NCBI GenBank assembly: GCA_049700215.1
Contig: JBNAVT010000001.1
Coordinates: forward strand, 61,016 to 125,015
Source of the DNA: Thermoproteota archaeon
GTDB lineage: Archaea > Thermoproteota > EX4484-205 > JAAOZP01
Reading direction: 5' to 3'
DNA length: 64,000 nt
A program made the position numbers and the translations under genes. How positions within the stretch are numbered: the stretch's first letter is position 1; each line of letters starts with the position of its first letter. This document shows, one piece after another, positions 38,514 through 48,637 of this stretch. The notes beneath the pieces are model-generated. The model saw only the letters and a list, made by a program, of their open reading frames with translations, made no database searches and was not told where the DNA came from.

Positions 38514-40810
38514 ATGGAAAGCAGGAAAGTGTTCTCAATCATTATCCTGCTGCTGATGCTGACTGCGGGCACACCTAGCTCTTCATCGAAGCCAATAAGA
38601 GTGGTAGGTAGCCCGGCTGAGGGTTCAGACCTGAAGGTTGACGCTGCAGTCTTCTTCCCACAGCCTGTTGCTGGGCTGAGAACAAGGATGATTGTAACCG
38701 TAAGCAACAAGGGTAGTCCTGTTAAACAGTTGGTCTGGGTGTCGGTTAAATGGGGCGGGTGCCAGCTTATCAACGGTACTTACGGGCTTGACGGTGGGGG
38801 AACAGTCGGCATTCTGTTCTATCCCCTGTTTCTGCAGGCGGGGAACTACTCGCTTGAAGTAGCGGTGGATCCCTACGGGGAGGTTACGGAGACGGATGAA
38901 GATAATAACGTTCTAGTGTTCTGGCAGGAGGTTAAGCTTCCTAAAGCCGGAGGCGTGAAAGCTCCTACTGAACTGGATTTTGGAAGCGAGGAGGCAGCAT
39001 GGGGTTATACGGGTAATCTGCCGAGTGGAGAACCATCTATGCACGCGCTTCCTGACTACGGTTTAATGGGGAGGCTTAACCCTAATGATCCCAACTCAGA
39101 CTTCGAAGAGCAGGGGGAAACGAGTGCCTGCGGCACAACTTCGCTAGCCGCCATACTGAGATACTTATCCAAGAAGGATTCCACGGTTTACAATCACAAT
39201 ATCATAGATCGGTCGATTAGAGGAGGAGGTGAACTTGACATTTACAGCGAAGGATTCTCCATCGCGGACTATGCTCGAAAGGAGGGATTCGAGGCGAGAA
39301 TATACGTGGACGGCACTTTTGAAGACGTAAAACGGTTAATCGACATGGGTATACCGGTGGAGATGTGTATAACGACCGATGGAAGCCACGACGAGATGAA
39401 CGTAGAGCATGGCCATTGGATCGTTGCAGTATGCTACTGGGAGGACGTGAACTACGGCACCATGATCGGCTACTATAATCCCCGGGGCCACTTGAGCGCG
39501 ATCCCTCAGAGCAGGTTCGAACTATACTGGACGGAGCAAAACCTCCTAGGAATAACGCTGTGGAGCAGGTTTTACGTCGCAATATGCAGTAAGCCAGCTC
39601 CTCCAGATATGCCTCCCAGCAACGCGGGTGCTCTTGAGAAAGCGTATGGTGCACTTGTAGAGGGTGTCAGCGTTTTTCTTAACGAACTTGGCTTAAGCAT
39701 TGAAATGATAAAGTCTGGTGACGCGGGAGAAGTGATAAAGGGCCTGGGGCTCCTAATCGGGGATGTAATATATGGCTCCATGCTTTTTATTCCCGTCTCG
39801 CTGACGCTCGTTGCCGAATGGGTCTGGAAAGGAATAAAGGCGGCTGCTGAATGGGTTTGGGAGGGGATAAAGGCTTTAGGCTGCAGGCTGTTCGGCTGGG
39901 GCTGCAAAAGCAAGAAGGAGTACTTCTACTATTTTTACTCGACAAGTCCCTGCGCCGAGTCGTTCTCGCTTTTAAACGACATGATTAAGGTTGAGGCCGT
40001 TGGATACGTATTCACCTCCCAGGTTGGAAACACTGTTCCGGTCTACGAGTATGCTGAAGTGGATGAGCAGACCCGCGAGGTAATACGCTACTTCGTGTCG
40101 ACGGACCCTAATTTGCCGGAGACCGGGGCTCCTGGTGTCAGAAGGCTCCTATACGGAAGGCTCGGTTACCTTCCTAAATCTGAGATTCAAGGTGTTCCGA
40201 ATGAGAAGCTGGTTGATAACTATCTTAAGAGATCTGAGTATCAGATTGGCTATGACGGTTCCGTGTTAAACATATGGTTCCCCAGTACTACCTAGAGGGT
40301 TCTAAAACGCTGTGGATGTTTAGATCATTCACGTTGGGGTATGCTTTCCTCAGCCCTGATGAGGCCGCTGGCACCCGCACCTTCCCCTACGTGGCGACTG
40401 ACTACGAGGGTAATTCCAAGGGGTATCACTTCACTAGGGACTATGTTGTTGGCTACGTGCATTACAACCATCTCCGGGGAACGGTTCCCCTCTACAGGTT
40501 CTACGACCCTGATGAGGAAGAGTTCTACCTTACTACTGATTTAAACGATGAGCCGAAGGAGCTCCGCCCTGTTAGGGAAATGGTTTTCTCCGGAGTAGTC
40601 GGGTATGTTTTTCTCAAGCAGAAGCCCGGTACTGTGCCGCTTTACAAGTATTACGCTTCCGAGAAAGGGGCTGACTACCTTTTCACCACGAAGGAGATCA
40701 CTTCTGACAAGTTCACCCTTCTCGGGGTAATCGGCTACGTGTACGAGTATGAGGAGGAATGCACAGCCGCGCTCTGGCTCTTCTGCTACAGGCAGGTGAA
40801 GGAGAAGTGA
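38514..40810 (+). CDS. Secreted CARDB + C39-like papain-fold peptidase + VPLYRFY-repeat (DUF5648-like) protein (frameshift at ~40281)
   Basis: VDPYGEVTETDEDNN; QGETSACGTTSLA...GHWIV...YYNP; repeats VGYVF...VPVYEY, VPLYRFY, VPLYKYY on both sides of the frameshift. Confidence 0.65.
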
Positions 40811-40828
40811 CCAAGGGGGCTTTGGAAA

Positions 40829-41263
40829 ATGGTTCGTGAGAAGTTTGCAAAAGGGTCTTTAGGCTTCGGAATCTTGGTAGCACTGCTGTTCCTGGTTGTT
40901 TTCAATCTAGCATCAATATTCCTATGCCTCTACCCGTTGATCATAATCATGCCAGTCTTGGCGGGGCTCGTGATAGGCTTCTACGCGAAGGGGAGCCGTG
41001 TGGCGAGGGGGAAAGCCGGTTTTAAAGGGGTCTTCGCTGCAATGCTCATACTGCTTCTAGTATCCGCGCCGTTCCTCGTAACGGCTTTTTCAGAGATAGT
41101 GGCGTTATGGACCGTCATTCCACTCGTCGTCCTTACCGCTTCCCCGGTGGTGAAGGGCCTCCTAGGGTTTGTCGGAGGCTTTTTAAGCGGGTTTTTCACA
41201 AAGCCTGAACGCCCCGAGGAGCCTCAGCCTCCTCCGCCACCTCCACCGCCTTCATCAACATAG
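40829..41263 (+). CDS. Small membrane protein (about 4 TM) with poly-Pro tail
   Basis: Hydrophobic segments; C-terminal PPPPPPPP. Confidence 0.7.
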   Translation: MVREKFAKGSLGFGILVALLFLVVFNLASIFLCLYPLIIIMPVLAGLVIGFYAKGSRVARGKAGFKGVFAAMLILLLVSAPFLVTAFSEIVALWTVIPLVVLTASPVVKGLLGFVGGFLSGFFTKPERPEEPQPPPPPPPPSST

Positions 41264-41331
41264 CTAACTGGGGTGGTCTGGAAGGAGGCATGTAGCGCGC
41301 GCTCAAGTGCTGTTTGAAAGCTTAAATATTA

Positions 41332-41349
41332 TGTTTTACATGTTATACA
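41332..41349. promoter_or_regulatory. Tandem TGTtwTACA sites between TATA box and antitoxin start (probable autoregulatory operator)
   Basis: TGTTTTACA-TGTTATACA immediately before ATG 41351. Confidence 0.45.
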
Positions 41350-41350
41350 T

Positions 41351-41605
41351 ATGAAGAAAGAATTGTTTGCGGTAAGAGGAATAGAGGAGGAGACGTATGT
41401 CAGGTTCAGGGAGAAAGCTATAGCTAAAAGGCTACGAGTAGGGGAAGCATTGACTTTAGCGATGAAGGAATGGCTTAAAAAAGAGGAGGAAAGGGAGAAA
41501 GTCAACCCCAGAAATCTGCTGAAAATTAAACCGTTTGACTGGGGGCCCGGGTCTGAAAGAACCAGCGAGGAGATAGATGAAATTCTATACGGTAGGAAAA
41601 GATGA
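41351..41605 (+). CDS. Antitoxin (RHH-like, VapB)
   Basis: Small ORF ending SEEIDEILYG, ATGA-coupled to PIN gene. Confidence 0.8.
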   Translation: MKKELFAVRGIEEETYVRFREKAIAKRLRVGEALTLAMKEWLKKEEEREKVNPRNLLKIKPFDWGPGSERTSEEIDEILYGRKR

Positions 41606-42012
41606 TATTCTTAGATACGAGTTTCATAGTCGCTTTTTACAACACTAGGGATGAGAATCATATTAAGGCGAAAAACCTGATGCCGGATATAGTTGCTTCT
41701 AAGTATGGTCCTTTATATATTTCCGATTATGTTTTCGATGAGACCATGACTGTTGTTTTCATTCGCCTCAGAAATCTACGTAGGGCAGTCCGCATCGGAG
41801 AATATTTAAGGAAATCACTGAGGCTTGTTGAAGTCACGAGTTCGAATTTTGAGGATGCTTGGCAAATTTTTAAAAAACAGAGGGAAACTGGTTTCAGCTT
41901 TACGGATTGCACGAGCATCTCTCTAATGAGGAGAATGAATATCAGAAATATTGCTACTTTTGACAAAGACTTTCTTAAACTAAGGGAAGTAAATGTGATT
42001 GGAGCGGAATAG
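41602..42012 (+). CDS. vapC: VapC PIN-domain toxin
   Basis: IFLDTSF, D.NH, E, SFTDCTS, IATFDKDF. Confidence 0.9.
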   Translation: MIFLDTSFIVAFYNTRDENHIKAKNLMPDIVASKYGPLYISDYVFDETMTVVFIRLRNLRRAVRIGEYLRKSLRLVEVTSSNFEDAWQIFKKQRETGFSFTDCTSISLMRRMNIRNIATFDKDFLKLREVNVIGAE

Positions 42013-42322
42013 ATACGACTATAGCTGGATTAAAAATGTCTTGATGCTTATACCGGGTTAATGATTCTACTGGAAGGATGAGCTCCTCTTACGGTGGAGC
42101 CTCGATAATCCGTTACTTTCCGGCTTTTTATAGGGGTTAGCCTGGGAAACATAGGGTCGACACGGCCGCCTGAATAGCTTATATACAGGTGTGTTGTGAC
42201 AAATACCTACGCTATGCACTTAAGGCTGGGGCACGGAGTATCGGTGGACATGAGTCGAGCCCAGGGGTTTAGAGTCATGCTTCTAGCTCCTGGTAAGCAA
42301 TCCCTAATGCTGGTGTCGCGGT

Positions 42323-42778
42323 ATGAAGAGGGTTAGGCTTTCAAAGGATTCTGAAAAGCTTCTCCTAGCCTCCGTTGAAGAGGTTCGCAGGAGGAGGCTG
42401 ATAGAGTGGAGGCGTCAGCCGGCTGTAACCAGGGTTGAGAAACCTACTGACGTTAATGCTGCGAGGAGGCTTGGCTACAGGGCTAAGCCTGGTTTCGTAA
42501 TAGTCAGGTCAAGGGTTAGGAAGGGTGGTAGGAGGAAGCCTAGGCCTAGGTCGGGAAGGAGGCCTAAGCATCTTGGGGTCGTCCTGTTTAAACCGGGTAA
42601 GAGTAGGCGGAAGATGGCTGAGGAGAGGGCTGCCCGTAAATACCCTAACATGAGGGTTCTAGGCTCATACTGGGTTGGGGAGGACGGGCTCTACAAGTGG
42701 TTTGAAGTCGTGATGGTGGATCCTAATCATCCGGCTGTCGCCGGCGACCCTAGGTTGAAGTGGCTTAGGGAAGATTAG
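42323..42778 (+). CDS. rpl15e: 50S ribosomal protein L15e (short C-terminus)
   Basis: [44 protein letters not shown]. Confidence 0.96.
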   Translation: MKRVRLSKDSEKLLLASVEEVRRRRLIEWRRQPAVTRVEKPTDVNAARRLGYRAKPGFVIVRSRVRKGGRRKPRPRSGRRPKHLGVVLFKPGKSRRKMAEERAARKYPNMRVLGSYWVGEDGLYKWFEVVMVDPNHPAVAGDPRLKWLRED

Positions 42779-42780
42779 CC

Positions 42781-44346
42781 TTGGAGGAGAGTAAGATCCT
42801 TGTTTTCGACACGACTCTCAGGGATGGTAACCAGGCTGTTGGAATAAACTTCTCGCTTGAGGATAAGGTTAAGATTGCTCTGAAGCTTGACGACCTTGGC
42901 GTGAACTATATTGAGGGCGGATGGCCTAACCAGACTAACCCGGTTGATGTTTCTTTCTTCCAGCGGATACTGAAATACAGGCTGAGGGCCAGGGTTTCAA
43001 CATTCGGAAGGACTCGTAAGCCATTGGTCAGGGTTGAGGAGGATCCTGATTTAAAATACCTTGTTCAGCCTAACATTCCTACTGCAACGATATTCGGGAA
43101 ATCCTGGGTCCTGCACGTTAAGGATGTTTTAAACACGACGCTTGAAGAAAACCTAAGTATGATTTACGATAGTGTTAAGTATTTGAAGGAATCTAGCAGG
43201 GAAGTCGTGTTCGACGCTGAGCATTTCTTCGACGGCTACAGGGATGATCCGGACTACGCCTTGGAGGTTTTGAAGACGGCTGAGAAAGCAGGAGCCTCCT
43301 TCCTGGTTCTGGCTGACACGCGGGGCGCCTCAGACCCTCTGGAGGTCTATGAGGTCGTTAGGAAAGTTAAAGGGTTTTTCGAAACCCCGTTGGGGATTCA
43401 CGCTCACAACGATACTGGTATGGCTGTGGCTAACAGTGTTGCTGCTGTTAAAGCCGGGGCCGTGATGGTGCAGGGCACTATAAACGGGATAGGGGAGAGG
43501 TGTGGGAACGCTGACCTTGTTCAGGTTATAGGGGTTTTAGCCGCAAGGTTCAACTACAGGATGGATGTTAACCTGAGAATGCTCTCCACAGTCTCCCGGT
43601 ATCTGCGCGACATAGCTTCCCTAGAGGAGAACCCTAGGCAGCCTTTCGTAGGCAAGTATGCTTTCTCCCATAAGGGCGGTGTGCACGGCGACGCTGTTCT
43701 GAAAAACAGGGAGGCTTACGAGTTCACAGACCCAGCTATCTTCGGCAGCACGAGCGCGATAGTTGTTTCCTCGCAGTCGGGAACAGCTAACCTTGCAGCC
43801 AAGGCTCAGGAAATGGGTCTCGAAGTCGACAGGAGGGATCCGAGGATCCTTGAGGCTCTGAAAAGAATTAAGGATCTGGAGGCGAAAGGATATGTCTTCG
43901 AGGACGCCGACGGCAGTCTTTTCCTGCTTCTCCACGAGGCTCTACACGGTCCGCCGCAGCTTTTTGAGCTTGAACACTGGACCTCGATCGTCACATGGCT
44001 CGGGGACAGGCAGATTGTTGAATGCGTCGTTAAAGTAAGGGTCGGCGGGGTCAGCATGTCCGCCTCCGCGGAGGGAAACGGGCCTGTTAACGCTTTCGAC
44101 AGTGCTTTGAAGAAGGCTCTCAGCCCCGTTTACCCAGGTATCGCGTACGTTTCCCTAACGGGGTTCAGGGTCAGGGAGATAGACGCGCCCTCAGGCACTG
44201 CAGCCGCCGTAAGGATACTGGCTGAGTTCGAATCCGACGGCAGCAGGTGGACGACGATAGGTGTTTCAACAAACATTCTGAAGGCTGCTGAAGAGGCGCT
44301 TGTAGCCGGCTACAAGTATTTCCTTTTAAAGCACAATAAGCAATGA
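42781..44346 (+). CDS. cimA: Citramalate synthase / 2-isopropylmalate synthase family
   Basis: DTTLRDG, YIEGGWP, FGKSW.LHV, DAEHFFDG, HAHND, GERCGNA, HKGGVH, EGNGPVNA. Confidence 0.88.
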   Translation: MEESKILVFDTTLRDGNQAVGINFSLEDKVKIALKLDDLGVNYIEGGWPNQTNPVDVSFFQRILKYRLRARVSTFGRTRKPLVRVEEDPDLKYLVQPNIPTATIFGKSWVLHVKDVLNTTLEENLSMIYDSVKYLKESSREVVFDAEHFFDGYRDDPDYALEVLKTAEKAGASFLVLADTRGASDPLEVYEVVRKVKGFFETPLGIHAHNDTGMAVANSVAAVKAGAVMVQGTINGIGERCGNADLVQVIGVLAARFNYRMDVNLRMLSTVSRYLRDIASLEENPRQPFVGKYAFSHKGGVHGDAVLKNREAYEFTDPAIFGSTSAIVVSSQSGTANLAAKAQEMGLEVDRRDPRILEALKRIKDLEAKGYVFEDADGSLFLLLHEALHGPPQLFELEHWTSIVTWLGDRQIVECVVKVRVGGVSMSASAEGNGPVNAFDSALKKALSPVYPGIAYVSLTGFRVREIDAPSGTAAAVRILAEFESDGSRWTTIGVSTNILKAAEEALVAGYKYFLLKHNKQ

Positions 44347-44480
44347 CGCGATGCTTCTCGCATTTTCAACGCTTACCCTTGTTGAATCCTAAAGCCCGGA
44401 TTCGTGTGAATTATAAACGGCAGTAATAGGAGGAATGCTTATCAAGTAAGATTTTTAAACACGGCGGGTCGTGCGGCTCC

Positions 44481-44573
44481 ATGCTTAAGTCTTCGAGGCG
44501 CGTCGAACAGCCTCCTGAAGTCGCGGGAAGGGCTTCAGGAGAAGGCTTCTACCTAATGTTCCACTATTATTAA
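44481..44573 (+). promoter_or_regulatory. Putative leader peptide/attenuator of the aro operon (30 aa ending FYLMFHYY)
   Basis: TTTTTAAA at 44452-44459; ATG 44481; five Phe/Tyr among the last eight codons; alternative pairings of 44509-44521 with 44532-44541 or with the SD region 44578-44587. Confidence 0.6.
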
Positions 44574-44594
44574 ACGCTCAGGAGGTTTTGGGAA

Positions 44595-45815
44595 ATGGGT
44601 TTCAACGGGGTTCTCGTCGTCAAATTCGGGGGCGCGGCTCTCTCAACCAGGGAGAGGGTTGAGCATGCTGCTGAGCTAGTCGCCCAAGAGGTTAGGAAGG
44701 GCAGCAAGGTTGTGACCGTAGTCTCAGCCATGGGCTCAACCACGGATACTCTTCTCCAGCTTTTCAAGGAAGCCGGCGACCCCCAGTTCATGGACGAGAT
44801 TCTATCAATGGGTGAAAGGACTAGCGCCAGGGTTTTCTCAACCACGCTTTTAACGAAGGGTGTTAAAGCTACTTTCCTAGACCCGTCTCAGGACAACTGG
44901 CCGATCTTGACCGACAGTAACTACGGTAACGCTCGGATAATCGTTCAGGAGTCCTGCAGGAGGATCAGGCAGGTTTTAGAGGGCCTGCTGGATGAATTCG
45001 ACGTGGTTGTAGTCCCGGGTTTCGTAGGCAGGGATCAGGATGGTAATGTTACGACGCTCGGCAGGGGTGGGAGCGACTCAACAGCCTTCATACTCGCCTC
45101 AGCCCTGAACCCTAAGGACACTATTCTGGTTACAAGCGTCTCCGGAATAATGTCGGCTGACCCGCGGCTCGTGAAGTCGGCCAGGAGGCTGGAGGAGCTT
45201 ACGACCGAGGAGCTCGCAGCCCTCGCGGACGTCGGGGTTAAGTTCATACATAAATCATCCTTAAAATATATTCCGCCCTCGCTGAAGGTCAGGGTTATAA
45301 GCTATGATTCTGAGAGTCTAAGTGACGGTGGGACGCTCATACTTGCCTCAACACCGCCGTTAAGCATGGAGGTTATTAACGGCAGCATCTCCGCAGTCAT
45401 GTTCGTCGGCAGGAGCCTAAGGGCTGTCGGCAGGGCTATGGATGTTTTGAGAAGCGTCGATGCGAGCGAGCCTAGGCTCCTCGGAATCGTCGCAAACAAC
45501 AGGGAGGTGCTCGCATACTTCTCCGAGAGCCTCCGGGAGGAGACTGTTCAAAAGATGCATGACGAGTTCCTTCTAGGGGAGGATGCTGTAGGCCTCGCGG
45601 TGAGACAGGGCTTGCGGGGAATACTCATAAGGGGGACAGACCTTCACGAGACGCCCGGGGTCCTTTACAGGATTTCTGCACCCATGGCTAAGGAGGGGAT
45701 TAACATACACGGCATCCTGACGCTCGGCTCCTACTTCATAGTGCTCCTCCCTGAGGAGTATGTTGAGAAGGCCTTCAGGCTTCTGGAGGAGGCTTTCAGG
45801 ATTGAGGAGGATTAG
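44595..45815 (+). CDS. lysC: Aspartate kinase
   Basis: VVKFGG, VVSAMG.TTD, SMGERTS, TTLGRGGSD, ADPR. Confidence 0.92.
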   Translation: MGFNGVLVVKFGGAALSTRERVEHAAELVAQEVRKGSKVVTVVSAMGSTTDTLLQLFKEAGDPQFMDEILSMGERTSARVFSTTLLTKGVKATFLDPSQDNWPILTDSNYGNARIIVQESCRRIRQVLEGLLDEFDVVVVPGFVGRDQDGNVTTLGRGGSDSTAFILASALNPKDTILVTSVSGIMSADPRLVKSARRLEELTTEELAALADVGVKFIHKSSLKYIPPSLKVRVISYDSESLSDGGTLILASTPPLSMEVINGSISAVMFVGRSLRAVGRAMDVLRSVDASEPRLLGIVANNREVLAYFSESLREETVQKMHDEFLLGEDAVGLAVRQGLRGILIRGTDLHETPGVLYRISAPMAKEGINIHGILTLGSYFIVLLPEEYVEKAFRLLEEAFRIEED

Positions 45816-46842
45816 CGTAGCGGTTCTCGGGGCCACGGGTCTAGTTGGGCAAAGGTTTGTAAAGCTGCTTTCCAGCCACCCGTTTTTCGAAATAAAGGTT
45901 TTAACAGCCTCGGAGAGGTCTGTGGGAAGGAAGTACAGGGAGGCTGCGCACTGGCTTCTAGGAGGCGACCCACCTGAGCCTGCTTCAGAGATGATCATCC
46001 GGGAAACCAGCGTTGAGGCATTGAGGGATGTCGAGCTTGTTTTCTCAAGCCTCCCGAGCGACGTTGCTTCGAAATTTGAGCCCATGCTCGCCGAGCAGGG
46101 CTTTAAAATCGTCTCCACCGCGAGCGCCTTCAGGATGGACCCGCTCGTACCCATGATAATCCCTGAAGTCAACCCTGAACATTTGGGCTTAATAGAGAGG
46201 CAGCGTGAGGAGAAGCGTTGGAAGGGCTTTCTCGTAACGAAGTCGAACTGCACGACGATGCCGCTCGTAATCTCGCTGAAGCCTCTTCTAGACGCCTTCG
46301 GCTTGAGAAGGGTTGTGACTGTTTCGCTGCAGGCCTTGAGCGGGGCGGGCTACCCGGGTGTCCAGTCGCTCGACATTGTTGACAACGTAATACCCTTCAT
46401 AAAGGGTGAGGAGGAGAAGCTTCAGGCTGAAACCCTCAAGATACTGGGTGAACCCGGTAGACTGCTCAACATACCGGTTTTGGCTGGTGTTAACAGGGTT
46501 CCAACTCTAGACGGTCATCTGCTCCATGTTTTCGCCGAGCTTGAGAAAGACGTTGAAGCCGAGGATGTTAAGAGGGTGCTGCGAGAGTTCAAACCGCTGC
46601 CGCAGAGGATGGGCTTATACTCGGCTCCAGACCCCGTTATACAGGTTAGGGAGGAGGAGGACAGGCCTCAGCCCAGGCTTGACAGGGATTACAAGGGGGG
46701 GATGGGGGTTGTCGTGGGGAGGGTTGCGAAATGCGACTCTTTAACGGTTAAGTATACTGCTCTCTCACACAATACTGTGAGGGGTGCTGCAGGAGGCTCG
46801 ATACTCGTGGCGGAGCTGCTTAGGGAGATGAGGCTCGTTTGA
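45802..46842 (+). CDS. asd: Aspartate-semialdehyde dehydrogenase
   Basis: VLGATGLVGQ, IPEVN, SNCTT, QALSGAG, HNTVRGAAG. Confidence 0.96.
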   Translation: MRRISVAVLGATGLVGQRFVKLLSSHPFFEIKVLTASERSVGRKYREAAHWLLGGDPPEPASEMIIRETSVEALRDVELVFSSLPSDVASKFEPMLAEQGFKIVSTASAFRMDPLVPMIIPEVNPEHLGLIERQREEKRWKGFLVTKSNCTTMPLVISLKPLLDAFGLRRVVTVSLQALSGAGYPGVQSLDIVDNVIPFIKGEEEKLQAETLKILGEPGRLLNIPVLAGVNRVPTLDGHLLHVFAELEKDVEAEDVKRVLREFKPLPQRMGLYSAPDPVIQVREEEDRPQPRLDRDYKGGMGVVVGRVAKCDSLTVKYTALSHNTVRGAAGGSILVAELLREMRLV

Positions 46843-47642
46843 GCATGCTTGATGTTCCTGAGCCAGGTAAGAGGAGGAGGCTTAGAAGGATTTTCAGGGA
46901 GGATGGGAGGAGCGTCATAGTTCCTATGGACCACGGTGTCTCCATAGGGCCGGTGAAGGGCCTGGAGGACATGGCTAGGCTGGTGGGTGAGCTGGCTAAG
47001 GGTGGTGTCGACGCTATTGTTGTCCACAAGGGTTGGGCGAGGAGGATTGAAGCCTCGGGGCTGGGGATGATTGTGCACGGCTCAGCTGGGACAGACCTCA
47101 GCCCAGACAGGCTTAGGAAGGCTCGCTGCGCAACCCCTCTTGAGGCTCTTTCACTCGGTGCAGACGGCTTCTCCCTGCATGTCAACGTTGGCTCTGAAAC
47201 AGACTTTGAGCAGCTCGCATTCCTAGCGGAGTCAGCGAGGGTCTGCAGCGTTCTAGGCATGCCTCTTCTAGCCATGATGTATCCCAGGGGCCTGAAGATA
47301 GCTGACGAGCATTCCCCTAAAGAGGTTGCTCACGCCGCGAGAATAGGAGTGGAGCTAGGCGCCGACGTTGTTAAGACGAACTACACGGGCTCGCCGGAGT
47401 CGTTCAGGATCATAGTGGAGTCTACGCGCATACCCGTGGTTATAGCGGGCGGGCCAAAAACCTCGTCGGCCAGGGAATTCCTAAAGATGGTTAGCGAGGC
47501 TGTTTCAGCCGGTGCCGCCGGAGTCTCGATAGGCAGGAATGTTTTCCAGCATGATAGCCCGAGGAGGATGGCTGAGGCTCTTAAGGCGATTGTTCACGAA
47601 AACGCTTCCGTAGACTATGCGCTGGAGGTCGCTGAGGATTGA
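46839..47642 (+). CDS. aroA': 2-amino-3,7-dideoxy-D-threo-hept-6-ulosonate synthase
   Basis: IVPMDHG, LLAMMYPRG, ELGADVVKTNY, AGGPK, GRNVFQH; adjacent to DHQ synthase II. Confidence 0.9.
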   Translation: MSMLDVPEPGKRRRLRRIFREDGRSVIVPMDHGVSIGPVKGLEDMARLVGELAKGGVDAIVVHKGWARRIEASGLGMIVHGSAGTDLSPDRLRKARCATPLEALSLGADGFSLHVNVGSETDFEQLAFLAESARVCSVLGMPLLAMMYPRGLKIADEHSPKEVAHAARIGVELGADVVKTNYTGSPESFRIIVESTRIPVVIAGGPKTSSAREFLKMVSEAVSAGAAGVSIGRNVFQHDSPRRMAEALKAIVHENASVDYALEVAED

Positions 47643-48637
47643 AGGAGATCTGGGTTTTCGCGGAGAGCGTGGGCCAGGCTCCTGGCGTAGACAGGTTTGT
47701 CTCGAGAAGCCGGGGGATGGTGGAGGGCAGGGGTGAGAGCCTTAGGCTGGTGGAATGGGGCTCCCAGGAGCCTTGTGAACGCGTCGACCCCGGTTCAACA
47801 GTGCTTGAGCTAGAGGTGAGGTGCTCGGGGGACGAGGAGGAGGCTTTGAACGCTGTGGAGAAAGGCTTCAGAAGGATTCTTGTGAAAACATCCGACTGGA
47901 AGGTTATACCCTGGGAGAACCTTGTCGCGAAGCTTAGGAACAGGGCTATGATTATCGCCGAGGCATCCAGCATCGAGGAGGCTAAGCTCGCCCTCAGGGC
48001 TCTTGAGCTCGGCGTTGACGCTGTGGCTCTCGACATGCCTCTTGAAGAGGCTTCTAAAGCCGCGGAGGAGCTTAAGAGCATTGAAGCCGTGTTGAGGCTT
48101 CACGAGGCGACTGTCGAAAAAGTTTCTGAAGCAGGGGTTGGATTAAGAGCATGCATAGATGCTTGTGACAACATGAGCCCGGGAGAGGGCATGCTTATAG
48201 GGGCATTCTCGTCAATGCTGGTTCTCGTCGAGGCGGAGGTTGCTGAATCCGGCTTCACGAAGCCAAGGCCCTTCAGGGTTAACGCTGGAGCAATATCCCA
48301 GTATGTCCTCTCAACCAGGGGGCTTTCACCATACATTAGCGACCTCAGGTCTGGGGACATTGTCCTCGCTGTTTCGAGAACAGGCGAGGCCAGGGCCCTG
48401 ACAATATGCAGGATGAAGGTTGAGAAGAGGCCTCTCAGGATGGTTGAGATCGGTTTAAACGGTTCAAGGGGTAAGGTTTTCCTGCAGGATGCTGAAACCA
48501 TAAGGGTTGTGAGCCCAGCCGGCTCAGTGAGTGTTAGAGACCTTAAACCCGGTGACAGGATTGTTGCCTACGCTCCCAGAAGGGTTGGAAGGCATTTCGG
48601 CACCCCTGTGGAAGGGGAGCTGATGCTCGAGTTTTGA
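47639..48637 (+). CDS. aroB': 3-dehydroquinate synthase II
   Basis: DWKVIPWEN, RACID.C, RPFRVNAG, KVEKRPL, LQDAETIR, RHFG. Confidence 0.93.
   Translation: MKEIWVFAESVGQAPGVDRFVSRSRGMVEGRGESLRLVEWGSQEPCERVDPGSTVLELEVRCSGDEEEALNAVEKGFRRILVKTSDWKVIPWENLVAKLRNRAMIIAEASSIEEAKLALRALELGVDAVALDMPLEEASKAAEELKSIEAVLRLHEATVEKVSEAGVGLRACIDACDNMSPGEGMLIGAFSSMLVLVEAEVAESGFTKPRPFRVNAGAISQYVLSTRGLSPYISDLRSGDIVLAVSRTGEARALTICRMKVEKRPLRMVEIGLNGSRGKVFLQDAETIRVVSPAGSVSVRDLKPGDRIVAYAPRRVGRHFGTPVEGELMLEF

Noticed and set aside
42214-42336. 40-codon uORF overlapping the rpl15e start
   Set aside because: No biased codon run; better explained as a structured RNA leader.
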